A stretch of DNA of 64,000 bases from a virus. A program made the position numbers and the translations under genes. The notes beneath the pieces are model-generated. The model did not search any database, was not told where the DNA came from, and saw only the letters and a list, made by a program, of their open reading frames with translations. Position 1 is the first letter of the stretch. Each line of letters begins with the position of its first letter. The DNA lies in IMG/VR virus record IMGVR_UViG_3300045051_001056, positions 33,746-97,745 of that record. One strand, written 5' to 3'. Shown piece after piece: positions 1-8,456 of this stretch.

Positions 1-152
1 AAACCAGAATTTTAATATAATTTTAGTTTTCTCAGCTGGTTATGCATGTTAACGATAACGATCAAGTTTGAATCTGTTGATTATTTTAAGGAATAATCTT
101 AATAATATGTTTTAATAAATGAATTGCTTCCTTTTAAATATAATTTAAAATT

Positions 153-434
153 ATGATAAAGATATGTGTAAACAATAAAGAAGAATTTGATAAAATAGTG
201 GAAATATGGACAGAGGAGGGATGTGTTAAAAATTTTATGATTAATCATTTTTCTAGATGTTTCGACTTATATAGGAAAACAAATATATTCTTAATAAAGC
301 AAACCTTAGAATTTGGCATAAAACAAATAACTGCTTCCACGAATCGTACTTTTCCAAACCCAAAAGAACGGGAACAAGGAGTAATCTCTTCGGACAAATA
401 TTTATTATATAAAGATATCTATAAGCTTGAATAA
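153..434 (+). CDS. hypothetical phage protein
   Basis: 93-aa ORF after an AT-rich leader, same orientation as neighbours. Confidence 0.6.
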   Translation: MIKICVNNKEEFDKIVEIWTEEGCVKNFMINHFSRCFDLYRKTNIFLIKQTLEFGIKQITASTNRTFPNPKEREQGVISSDKYLLYKDIYKLE

Positions 435-533
435 TAGTGGAAGTGATTGGTGTCAAGTGGTAACACGTCAAAGATTTCATCAGCGAAAGCACTGGAAGAT
501 GAGAGTTCGAACCTCTCATCACAACTGCTATTA
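432..533 (+). ncRNA. tRNA-like RNA with extended acceptor stem and aberrant anticodon arm
   Basis: D arm GTGT-CAAGTGGTA-ACAC (450-466); T arm GAGAG-TTCGAAC-CTCTC (501-517); GTGAT/ATCAC acceptor-like helix extended by TAATAGTGG/CTGCTATTA; no canonical anticodon stem. Confidence 0.6.
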
Positions 534-803
534 ATTTAAAAACAAATTTAAAAAATAATTACATTATGGACCCACTGCCTTTCATTATATTAGGACTCTT
601 ATTATTATATTGGATGATTAAGAGTATGAATTCTGGAGGAAATAATAATTGTTGTACAAGATAACAATAACCCCCCTCCTTAAGGTTCCCCCCCAAAAAC
701 AAAAAACCCTACCGCTTACCATAAACCTTCCAACTTTATTAGGTGGTCTTAGTTTTGCCATTCTTTATCCTTACTCAGGCGTGGCTACATTCTATATTTA
801 ATG

Positions 804-835
804 CAAAGATAATACAAAATTTTTCAATTTCCAAA
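804..835 (-). promoter_or_regulatory. Bacteroidota primary-sigma promoter (TTTG-N20-TATCTTTG), leftward
   Basis: Reverse complement reads TTTG (835-832), 20 nt, TATCTTTG (811-804), matching the -33/-7 consensus. Confidence 0.7.
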
Positions 836-837
836 TA

Positions 838-1113
838 TTGTTTAAAAATTTAACATTATTTAACATGTCACTTATTGCTAAAATAATTATTGTCATCTTA
901 ATAATGGCAATTTGGTTCATTTGGGCAAGATATCTTCGATACAAATACTATCGAAGAAAAATCTGGAATTTTATTAACCTATCGTGGTTGGAAAAAAACT
1001 TATTGATAATAGAAATTATTCTAAATTGGATAATAATTATATCTACCTTTTTGATATTATGTTGGTTAATGTTTTCAATAGGTCTTTCGATCTGGATATT
1101 AATATTACATTAA
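838..1113 (+). CDS. small membrane protein (2 predicted TM helices)
   Basis: Two long hydrophobic stretches; start is probably the ATG at 865. Confidence 0.6.
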   Translation: MFKNLTLFNMSLIAKIIIVILIMAIWFIWARYLRYKYYRRKIWNFINLSWLEKNLLIIEIILNWIIIISTFLILCWLMFSIGLSIWILILH

Positions 1114-1114
1114 A

Positions 1115-1675
1115 ATGAAAAAAAATCAATTACCATTATCATGGTATATAGAAAATGATAAAAGTCAATTATTTAAAGATACAGTAATCTCATACCTTAA
1201 TACCAAGTATGGTGGAAATTATGCTGGAACTGATAAATATTATGGAATGACCGGGAAATATCATGTCAGTTCATTAAGTAATGCAGCTTTTCGAGCAAAT
1301 AATTACACACGTCTTACGTTGCAGGATTTTATTGATCTCAGCGCAATCAAAATAAAGGCTGTAAAAGAAAAAAAATATGAATTAACCAGGTCCACCATAT
1401 TAGAAATGGCCTCTCGTAATCCTGCAGTAAAAATGGCTTTAAGAGGTGCATTTCCTGATGCATTCGAACCAGAAGACAAATCTGTAAATATACCACTTGC
1501 ATCCAATATGAAAACTGAGGGGTTCCAAATAATTAGAGATAGTAATCAAGTACGCTTAGCAGAACCTATACAATATGGTGAATATTTCGGAAAGGCACTT
1601 TTTCTTAATACATCATTCAATTGGGAGCTAAGGTTGGGTGAAACACAAAGCATTTTAATACCAACAAAAAAATGA
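1115..1675 (+). CDS. hypothetical phage protein
   Basis: 186-aa ORF, tightly packed with neighbours (ATGA overlap). Confidence 0.7.
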   Translation: MKKNQLPLSWYIENDKSQLFKDTVISYLNTKYGGNYAGTDKYYGMTGKYHVSSLSNAAFRANNYTRLTLQDFIDLSAIKIKAVKEKKYELTRSTILEMASRNPAVKMALRGAFPDAFEPEDKSVNIPLASNMKTEGFQIIRDSNQVRLAEPIQYGEYFGKALFLNTSFNWELRLGETQSILIPTKK

Positions 1676-2136
1676 AAATAATATTATATATTGTAATAAT
1701 TTTCGCAACAATAAGTTGTGCCGAAAAGAAAAATCCAATTTGTTTGGAATTCCAAGGAAAATGTGAATTGCGCAAATTCAAGTGTGAAAGCGAAAAAAAC
1801 AAAACTTCTAGCGGATATTGGGTTATTGCTGGTGGAAGCTATTCTTCTCAAGAGACCACTAAAAAATGGATAACTTTTTATTGTAAAAACAATAACGGGG
1901 AATACTGTAAGTTTGATGTTATGCCTAACAAAATTAGGATCTCTATTAATGATACGATAAGTAGGCCATATGTCATATTTCACACAAAATATGATTTCTA
2001 TAATGATATTTATTTTTGCCTTTACACCGAAGGGTGGAGTCGTGGGCCCACTTCACACACATTCGATGGGCAATATGTCACAATATTTTGCAACAATGAG
2101 GATTTTCCAGAAAGTTTAAACATTGATCAATTATAA
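1672..2136 (+). CDS. putative lipoprotein
   Basis: MK + hydrophobic stretch + ISC lipobox-like motif. Confidence 0.55.
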   Translation: MKIILYIVIIFATISCAEKKNPICLEFQGKCELRKFKCESEKNKTSSGYWVIAGGSYSSQETTKKWITFYCKNNNGEYCKFDVMPNKIRISINDTISRPYVIFHTKYDFYNDIYFCLYTEGWSRGPTSHTFDGQYVTIFCNNEDFPESLNIDQL

Positions 2137-2144
2137 ATAAAAAC

Positions 2145-2513
2145 ATTAACATTCGTTGAGATTGCTAGTAAAATTCGTTTGGACCGGGGTTTGATTCCCC
2201 GCACCTCCACATGCAGGAGTCGGTATTGGACATTTCTTATATACCGTTAGATTTGTATAGGATAATATCGACTCCCCTTTCTACAACGTAATCGCCAATT
2301 ACGACACCTCGGAGGAAGCAGGTGTATTTCGTCTGCTTAAGAAAGATGTGGCACGTCGAGGTTAAATTTTATGGGGGTGATCGAGTTTGACAGCGAAAGA
2401 ATAGGGTAATTGAGAGTGTTAGTAAGCGCAAACGGCAATCAGTTTGAAATTGGTTTTCAGTCATCAAGGATGGCTGCTTAATCACGCCTAGCCCCAGCGA
2501 AATGGGGCTTTTT
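2145..2513 (+). ncRNA. ssrA: circularly permuted (two-piece) tmRNA gene
   Basis: Acceptor piece comes first (T arm CGGGG-TTTGATT-CCCCG, then CACCTCC-A at 2202-2209). Coding piece starts GGGGGTG at 2373 and pairs with it, giving G3.U70. Tag frame 2428-2481 reads ANGNQFEIGFQSSRMAA*. Confidence 0.88.
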
Positions 2514-2519
2514 CTTTTT
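2490..2519 (+). terminator. intrinsic terminator after the tmRNA coding piece
   Basis: AGCCCCA-GCGAAA-TGGGGCT hairpin followed by a U tract. Confidence 0.85.
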
Positions 2520-2681
2520 ATTAACAAAACATTTATAATGGAAGAAGAAGATAACGGATTCCTAGATAATATATCTTCTAATCCTAAGATAGTATGGGCA
2601 ATGTCTATTATATATCTCTTGCTTTTTATTTTATATATATTTATCAGTGTAATTATTTTAAATCTTTAAAAAACAAGCAAA

Positions 2682-2945
2682 ATGAAAAGAATTGAAACGC
2701 CTGCAGGAAACACAGTTTTACAATTTACTGGAGAGTATTACCGTCACAGTAGGCCTCAGAGAACAAAGAACACTCAGGTGACCGAGAATTCCATCTCATT
2801 AGATCAAAAATTGTCAGTAAAAAAATCTTTTGGGGTAGACATGTCTACAAAAACAACAGAAAAGGCGGCTGCCGCTACATTAAAACATCTTACCAACAAG
2901 ACATTCAAAGGGGAAACCATTTGGAGGTCACAACTTGCAAGATAA
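2682..2945 (+). CDS. hypothetical basic protein
   Basis: 87-aa ORF with A-rich leader. Confidence 0.6.
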   Translation: MKRIETPAGNTVLQFTGEYYRHSRPQRTKNTQVTENSISLDQKLSVKKSFGVDMSTKTTEKAAAATLKHLTNKTFKGETIWRSQLAR

Positions 2946-3216
2946 TATGGACTGGCTGTCAATAATCTATTTGATTGGGATTATATTGGCTCCAGCCATG
3001 TTTGCTATTATGGATTCGTTCGAAGAAAAAAACCGAACAAGAATTATTGACGATGAGAATTGGGGATGGGGAGCTATTTTATGCTTCTTTTCCCTATTAT
3101 GGCCATTAGTGATAATGGTATATATTTTTCGTCATTTTTTTAAAATCTTTAGCTATATTTATTGTAAAACAGAATCTATTATTCTTAACCTTAAGAATAA
3201 AAATAAAATTGGCTGA
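2935..3216 (+). CDS. small membrane protein
   Basis: Two hydrophobic helices, LLWPL motif. Confidence 0.6.
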   Translation: MQDNMDWLSIIYLIGIILAPAMFAIMDSFEEKNRTRIIDDENWGWGAILCFFSLLWPLVIMVYIFRHFFKIFSYIYCKTESIILNLKNKNKIG

Positions 3217-3234
3217 TAATTTAAAATAAATCTT

Positions 3235-3474
3235 ATGAACACAATATTACTTATTTTTTTATTAGGAATAATATTCATTCCATTAATTACATTGATCCTG
3301 ATCAAAGACGAAGATGTTGAAAACTGGGAGCCTGGGGATTGGGTAGCATTTTTCATTGTATTCGGCTTGGGATGGATTGCGATTGCAATATATACCCTGA
3401 TATGGGCGCTTTTCGTTATTTTATTAAAATTGTCAGATAAATTAATTTTAATCTTTAAAAAAACAAACAAATGA
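3235..3474 (+). CDS. small membrane protein
   Basis: Two hydrophobic helices; ATGA overlap with next gene. Confidence 0.6.
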   Translation: MNTILLIFLLGIIFIPLITLILIKDEDVENWEPGDWVAFFIVFGLGWIAIAIYTLIWALFVILLKLSDKLILIFKKTNK

Positions 3475-3794
3475 AAGTACTTTTATCAGTAGATGGGTCT
3501 AGGGCAAGCTTTGCCTATATTCGATGGAATCATTCGATTCACCATGTGTCAAATGTTATAAAGACGGATATTGACAATACAATTCCATTGAGTAAAACTA
3601 GTTGTAAAATTGATTTTTTTGATTCGAAAGGAAACGCGCTAGGTCATGTTGAAGGTAGCTCAAAAGTATCTCCAAGAGATTTTTATAACAAAGAACTTGG
3701 TAGAAAATTGACCCTTAAACGTGCCATGAAAGATATAGAAAAGCCGATTAGAACAGCTTTATGGGAAGCGTATCTCAATCGTAAAAGCAGATAA
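3471..3794 (+). CDS. hypothetical phage protein
   Basis: C-terminal SPRDFYNKELGRKLTLKRA resembles a recurrent phage motif (D.F.K..GR..A..RA). Confidence 0.7.
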   Translation: MKVLLSVDGSRASFAYIRWNHSIHHVSNVIKTDIDNTIPLSKTSCKIDFFDSKGNALGHVEGSSKVSPRDFYNKELGRKLTLKRAMKDIEKPIRTALWEAYLNRKSR

Positions 3795-3804
3795 AGCTTT
3801 CAAT

Positions 3805-4479
3805 ATGCGTAATCAAAAAAAATATCCATTTGAGGGAATTATGCACATTAAGTCCCATATAGAAATGATATTTTATGGCATGGCCCGTAAAGCAATGTTA
3901 GGAAGAAGAGATTTTGAAATAACTATTGTTTCTGGGCCTGCCATTTGTAGACATTGTAATGCTGCAAGATCAATTGGGGCAAAATTCATAAATATCTACG
4001 AAATTTCAAAAGAAGTTTATGAGAAAATTCTTGAGAGTGGAAAAAGCTTAAAAGGAGTAAAAATCCATTGTGCATCAGTTGAAAAAAGCAACGACCCATT
4101 CATAGACTGCGATTTAACTGGTATAAGCGAAATTCCATCGATAAAGAATACATTGAGAAATCAATCTTCAATACCTGGAAAAAAAGCTTTTATATGGACC
4201 GTAGCAGAGGATAGGAGAGAAAAATCTAAAAAAATTGATAACATCAATATAATAAAATCAATTTTAGATACTATAAGCGCAGGAGATGTTAAGATCGTCA
4301 ACAAAATTAGATTAAAAACTCCTAGATTAGGATTAAAAGACAGCCTTGGAAGAGAGAGACATGGCTACATTGATCAAATAGATCTGGAAACTTCTAATAA
4401 AAATATCTTATCGCTCTTGTGCTTCAAATATAACTCTGGTGGCGGGAATATGTTAACTTGTTATATAGAATATATTTAG
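3805..4479 (+). CDS. hypothetical protein with a CxxC motif
   Basis: 224-aa ORF containing CRHC. Confidence 0.65.
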   Translation: MRNQKKYPFEGIMHIKSHIEMIFYGMARKAMLGRRDFEITIVSGPAICRHCNAARSIGAKFINIYEISKEVYEKILESGKSLKGVKIHCASVEKSNDPFIDCDLTGISEIPSIKNTLRNQSSIPGKKAFIWTVAEDRREKSKKIDNINIIKSILDTISAGDVKIVNKIRLKTPRLGLKDSLGRERHGYIDQIDLETSNKNILSLLCFKYNSGGGNMLTCYIEYI

Positions 4480-5114
4480 TATGGAAATTAAACTTTCAAT
4501 GGCAACATGGGTAATTATAGCGTTACTTACTTTAGTAATTATAGTAATCCAGCATCTTTTAAATTGGTGGTACCGTCATGAGATAAAATATGGAGCTTTT
4601 TATAATGATGCATGGCTATCAATTGCCGTAGGAATTTCAGTTTTTATCCTATATTGCATATTACTTTGTTGCATACTTTAAAAATAATCAAAATGCCAAA
4701 ATCAAAATTACGAAAAAATAGAAAAACCGTAATACAAACCATCATGTCTGCACCAGTAAGAATTCTTATCATGGTGAAAAAAGGGAAAAAAGAAATTCCA
4801 TTAATTAAAACTACTAAAAGTGGCGACAAAAAAAAGGTTTACAAAAACAACCCGGATTCGAAAGTTGTTAAGCAAATCAAACATTTTAGACCGCATGCCT
4901 AAAACATTATTTACTGTACACAAAATTGCCACAGCCCTGGAATTCCTAAGAAATATCGAACTGCAAGAAGGTGTTAATGACGGAGAAATAAATCAACAAA
5001 CTCAAAGTGACATAGAGACTTGCAAAGGAATCCTAGAAAATTCCATGAAAAACGAAGGATATGTAATTGTTTATGGCGAAACAGGTAATATGATGATTAA
5101 AAAAATAGTAGAAA

Positions 5115-5366
5115 ATGTTTAAAAAAATTGGAGCATTAATTAAAATTCAAGGAGCAAAATCTAGGCCTAAAATTACTAAAACATATCCAATATTAGGAAT
5201 ATGGGAAGACGGTACAATCGCAATATTTGTATCTCGCGGCGAAGGCTATGTTGTGCAGAGGGGGGAAAAAACATCTGAGTGGGATTTTCTCGAAAATGTT
5301 GACGAAAGTGGTTTTTCCTTTCCAGCTGGATTAAGCTATTCGATTGAAAATGTAGATATAAAATGA
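5115..5366 (+). CDS. hypothetical protein, apparent paralog of 13398-13637
   Basis: YPILGIWEDGTIAIFVSRGEGYVV. Confidence 0.6.
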   Translation: MFKKIGALIKIQGAKSRPKITKTYPILGIWEDGTIAIFVSRGEGYVVQRGEKTSEWDFLENVDESGFSFPAGLSYSIENVDIK

Positions 5367-5545
5367 GATACATCATTGTCCCATTAACAGCTATTCTATA
5401 TTTTTGGTGGACCATTAAATCTATCAAGAACTTAATTGATAATTGGAGGAGTGGATATGACTTAGAAGGACACACACTCTTGTGGTGTTTTTTACATATA
5501 ATCATTTTCATATTCTTTTCGTTTCTTTATTGGTAGATAAAATTT

Positions 5546-5617
5546 TGCGGGGTAGAGCAGTGGTAGCTCGTGAGTTTCATAATCTCAAGGTCATAGGTTC
5601 GAATCCTATTCCCGCTT
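5546..5617 (+). tRNA. tRNA-Met(CAT), initiator-like acceptor stem
   Basis: Cloverleaf TGCGGGG/TCCCGCT, D arm GAGC/GCTC, anticodon loop TTCATAA, T arm ATAGG-TTCGAAT-CCTAT. Confidence 0.85.
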
Positions 5618-5681
5618 CAAAAGAAAATTGAAAATCAGACTATAATATCTGAACAATTATTATTAACTAAAAATTTGTACT

Positions 5682-6239
5682 ATGTTCTACAGATTAGACA
5701 AAAAAGGATTAGAATATGTTAGAATTAAAATGTTTTGGTTTATAATCCTTTTACTATCAGTGATTTTATTTATTGTAATAATCTTAAGTTTTTTTAACAC
5801 TATAGAAGAAAAGATTATTGAACAAAAGGTTATTGTTGTAATGAATCAGCAAAATAAATTTGAGGAATCTAAATTTATTAAAAAAATAAAAGAATTAAAT
5901 TTTCAATTTCCTCACATTGTTTATGCACAATCAATATTAGAAACGGACAGCTTCAGATCTAATATTTTTAAAGAGAATAATAATCTTTTTGGTATGAAAC
6001 AGGCCGTGATTAGAGTAAATCTTGCCAAAGGAGTTCAATATAATCATGCATATTACGATAATTGGACGGATTCCCTGCTTGATTATGCCCTATATTATTC
6101 TACATATTTATCACAATTAAAAACAGAAGACGATTACTTTAACTATCTGTCTCAATTTTATGCAGAAGATAAAGAATATGTGAATAAATTAAAAACATTA
6201 ATCAATAAATTATCATTAAGAGAAATTTTTAACAAATGA
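5682..6239 (+). CDS. glucosaminidase (GH73/FlgJ-like) peptidoglycan hydrolase with N-terminal TM helix
   Basis: AQSILET...NNLFGMK and YAEDKEY motifs; hydrophobic segment at residues 16-38. Confidence 0.8.
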   Translation: MFYRLDKKGLEYVRIKMFWFIILLLSVILFIVIILSFFNTIEEKIIEQKVIVVMNQQNKFEESKFIKKIKELNFQFPHIVYAQSILETDSFRSNIFKENNNLFGMKQAVIRVNLAKGVQYNHAYYDNWTDSLLDYALYYSTYLSQLKTEDDYFNYLSQFYAEDKEYVNKLKTLINKLSLREIFNK

Positions 6240-6258
6240 AAACGTAAAAATTAAAGCT

Positions 6259-6549
6259 ATGAAAACACCAGAAAGATATGCAGAATTGATTTTAAACAGT
6301 ACAAAAGCCCATCTTCTTGTATTGATCGAAGAAATTCAATCCGAAGCCTACGCAGAGGGCTACAACTCAGGGGTACACGACACTGTTATTGCGTGTGCAG
6401 AAAATGCGAAGCTTAAAGTTGAGCGTATGAACGGAAAAGTGCATACCGAATTTAAGAATTATGTAAAAGGTGATTACATTACAGTTGACAAAGAAAGCAT
6501 TATGAGTGTTGAGCAAACTTTAAAAAATAAACTATCCAAAATAGTATAA
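6259..6549 (+). CDS. hypothetical phage protein
   Basis: 96-aa ORF. Confidence 0.6.
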   Translation: MKTPERYAELILNSTKAHLLVLIEEIQSEAYAEGYNSGVHDTVIACAENAKLKVERMNGKVHTEFKNYVKGDYITVDKESIMSVEQTLKNKLSKIV

Positions 6550-6736
6550 TCTATAATTAGAAAGAATTAAATGAAAAAAATAAAATCCGTATATATTATA
6601 GTTCGATGGAAACCCTTAAATTCCAAAGATCAACTGTTGGATGAGAAAATAGATTCTATATCTGAAGATTTTAGGGAATCTGTTCTTAAACATGTTAGCA
6701 AATTGCCAAAAGTTTCAGTTATTAAAATAGAAAAAA

Positions 6737-6976
6737 ATGGCTGATATATCAATGTGTAACAATGAAAATTGTCCACACAAAGAAAAATGTTATCGTTATA
6801 CGGCACCAAAAGGAGAATTCCAATACTATGGCACTCATCTTTTGAAAGAAGATAATACTTGCGAAGATTTCTGGCCTAACGATGGGCATATGAAGGGAAT
6901 GGAATTTTTAAAAATAATTGGCAAATTGTCAAGAACAAAAGAATATTTACAAATATTAAATCAGACAATTTTTTAG
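6737..6976 (+). CDS. small Cys-rich phage protein
   Basis: MADISMC...CP.KEKCYRYTA...C motif, a common phage hypothetical type. Confidence 0.7.
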   Translation: MADISMCNNENCPHKEKCYRYTAPKGEFQYYGTHLLKEDNTCEDFWPNDGHMKGMEFLKIIGKLSRTKEYLQILNQTIF

Positions 6977-7190
6977 GCCATGTTGTTTGTTTTTAGGTAT
7001 GAGGCGAGAGCAGTATTGCCCGCTCTTTGCTTCTAAAAATTAAAATTATGGAATCTGATTATAACAGTATCGGACCAATACTTGACCCATCAGATCAATA
7101 TACTGAATTTTAAAAATCTAAAATAACGCCCAAATCAAAGAAGTAATTTTACTAGGCTATTGAGAGATAACCCTTTAATTTTTATTTCTT

Positions 7191-7451
7191 ATGGTTAATT
7201 ATGTGACGACAGACGGTATTGTTAGGGAATTCTCTGACATTGACATCGTAGCAATGAAAAATGGTTCTGCTCAGCTTATTCAGCATGTTGCCAGTGGTAA
7301 GTATGACGAAAATCCTGAAAGGGAAATCCGTCGGGCAGTAATTAATGTTGCTGATGATGAGACAAAAGAATCTCTTTGGGAAAAACTCAATGATGAGGAA
7401 ACAATCATCAATGGCAAAGGTAATATTGCTAAGATAAAATACGCTGTCTAA
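7191..7451 (+). CDS. hypothetical acidic protein
   Basis: 86-aa ORF with a long leader and a downstream hairpin. Confidence 0.7.
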   Translation: MVNYVTTDGIVREFSDIDIVAMKNGSAQLIQHVASGKYDENPEREIRRAVINVADDETKESLWEKLNDEETIINGKGNIAKIKYAV

Positions 7452-7463
7452 GTAAGGGTGTTT

Positions 7464-7494
7464 AAGGGGGGAGAAATCTCCCCTTTATCCTTTT
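7464..7494 (+). terminator. intrinsic terminator-like hairpin
   Basis: GGGGAG-AAAT-CTCCCC followed by TTTATCCTTTT. Confidence 0.7.
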
Positions 7495-7514
7495 AATCAA
7501 TTAAAGTAAAAGAA

Positions 7515-8012
7515 ATGAATACATTCGGAATCATAATAATTGCAACTGTAATATTTATAGGAATCATATGGGTTACATATGATATGTTTTTCATGATTCC
7601 ACGATGGGAGAAATATTATGCAGATTTAGATAGATTAAGCCAGGCTGAGCTGAAACTACAATTTTCGCAAATACGTTCAAATAAAAAGAGCTACAAGATG
7701 GAAAATAAATATTACAAAATTAATCACAATGACATTCTCGTAAAAAGCAAAGGGGAAAATAAAGGGAAAGTTAAAATGACGGGCGAAGGTGTTAAGCCTT
7801 ATGAAATAGGAGATATTGTTCATTATAATAAAGATGACGTTAAAAATATTGAAATAAATAAAAAACAATATTTGCTAATATCTATGGACAAAATTCTCTT
7901 TGCAAAAAGCAAGACCAAACATTATGAGCATCCACGTGGATGTCCACTTAAAATGGTAGATGGGTGGCTGCAATCATGGCCATATGACGATGGATTAGAT
8001 GATTGTATTTAA
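7515..8012 (+). CDS. GroES-like domain protein (possible internal start at 7698)
   Basis: NDILVK...GKVKMTGEGV...IGDIVHY...IEINKKQYLLISMDKILFA matches the GroES beta-barrel pattern. Confidence 0.6.
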   Translation: MNTFGIIIIATVIFIGIIWVTYDMFFMIPRWEKYYADLDRLSQAELKLQFSQIRSNKKSYKMENKYYKINHNDILVKSKGENKGKVKMTGEGVKPYEIGDIVHYNKDDVKNIEINKKQYLLISMDKILFAKSKTKHYEHPRGCPLKMVDGWLQSWPYDDGLDDCI

Positions 8013-8144
8013 ATTTAAAACGAACAATATGACAAAAGAAGAAGCTAAAGAAGTCCTAACGAAGAAGTTTCACATAACCGAAATGACGAAATTTCACTCT
8101 TACGAATACTTATATAAAGTAATGATAAAACTAATGGAATCGCT

Positions 8145-8456
8145 ATGACAAGAATTCTTGCATTTACAATTAATTCATTAATAGGACTTTCGGCGATCGT
8201 CGAGAAGAAGAAAAGTGAAATCATATTTTTCTCAATAGGTTTTGGACAGATATTGGTTATGGCTATAAATACATATTTCATTAGTCATACTAATTGGGCT
8301 GGCATGATATTAAGTCAATTTGCTACATCATATATATGGGCAATAAATGTGAATAAAATATTTTCTAGTGGCAAAAAAGTTAAAATATTATATGCAACTG
8401 GGGCAGCCGTTGGCTGCATAATAGGGGTTTTAATAGCAAAAAACTTAACAAAATGA
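8145..8456 (+). CDS. small multi-TM membrane protein
   Basis: Hydrophobic throughout, YATGAAVGCIIGV C-terminal helix. Confidence 0.6.
   Translation: MTRILAFTINSLIGLSAIVEKKKSEIIFFSIGFGQILVMAINTYFISHTNWAGMILSQFATSYIWAINVNKIFSSGKKVKILYATGAAVGCIIGVLIAKNLTK

Noticed and set aside
468-500. Opal suppressor or tRNA-Sec reading of the TTCA in the tRNA-like element
   Set aside because: No proper anticodon stem surrounds it and there is no sign of TGA readthrough
2211-2291. 26-codon ORF in the tmRNA intervening segment
   Set aside because: It overlaps the acceptor end and lies in a strong hairpin; probably incidental
6990-7039. Imperfect intergenic hairpin GAGGCGAGAGC/GCTCTTTGCTTC
   Set aside because: Probably an ordinary terminator or processing stem; nothing further supports an ncRNA call
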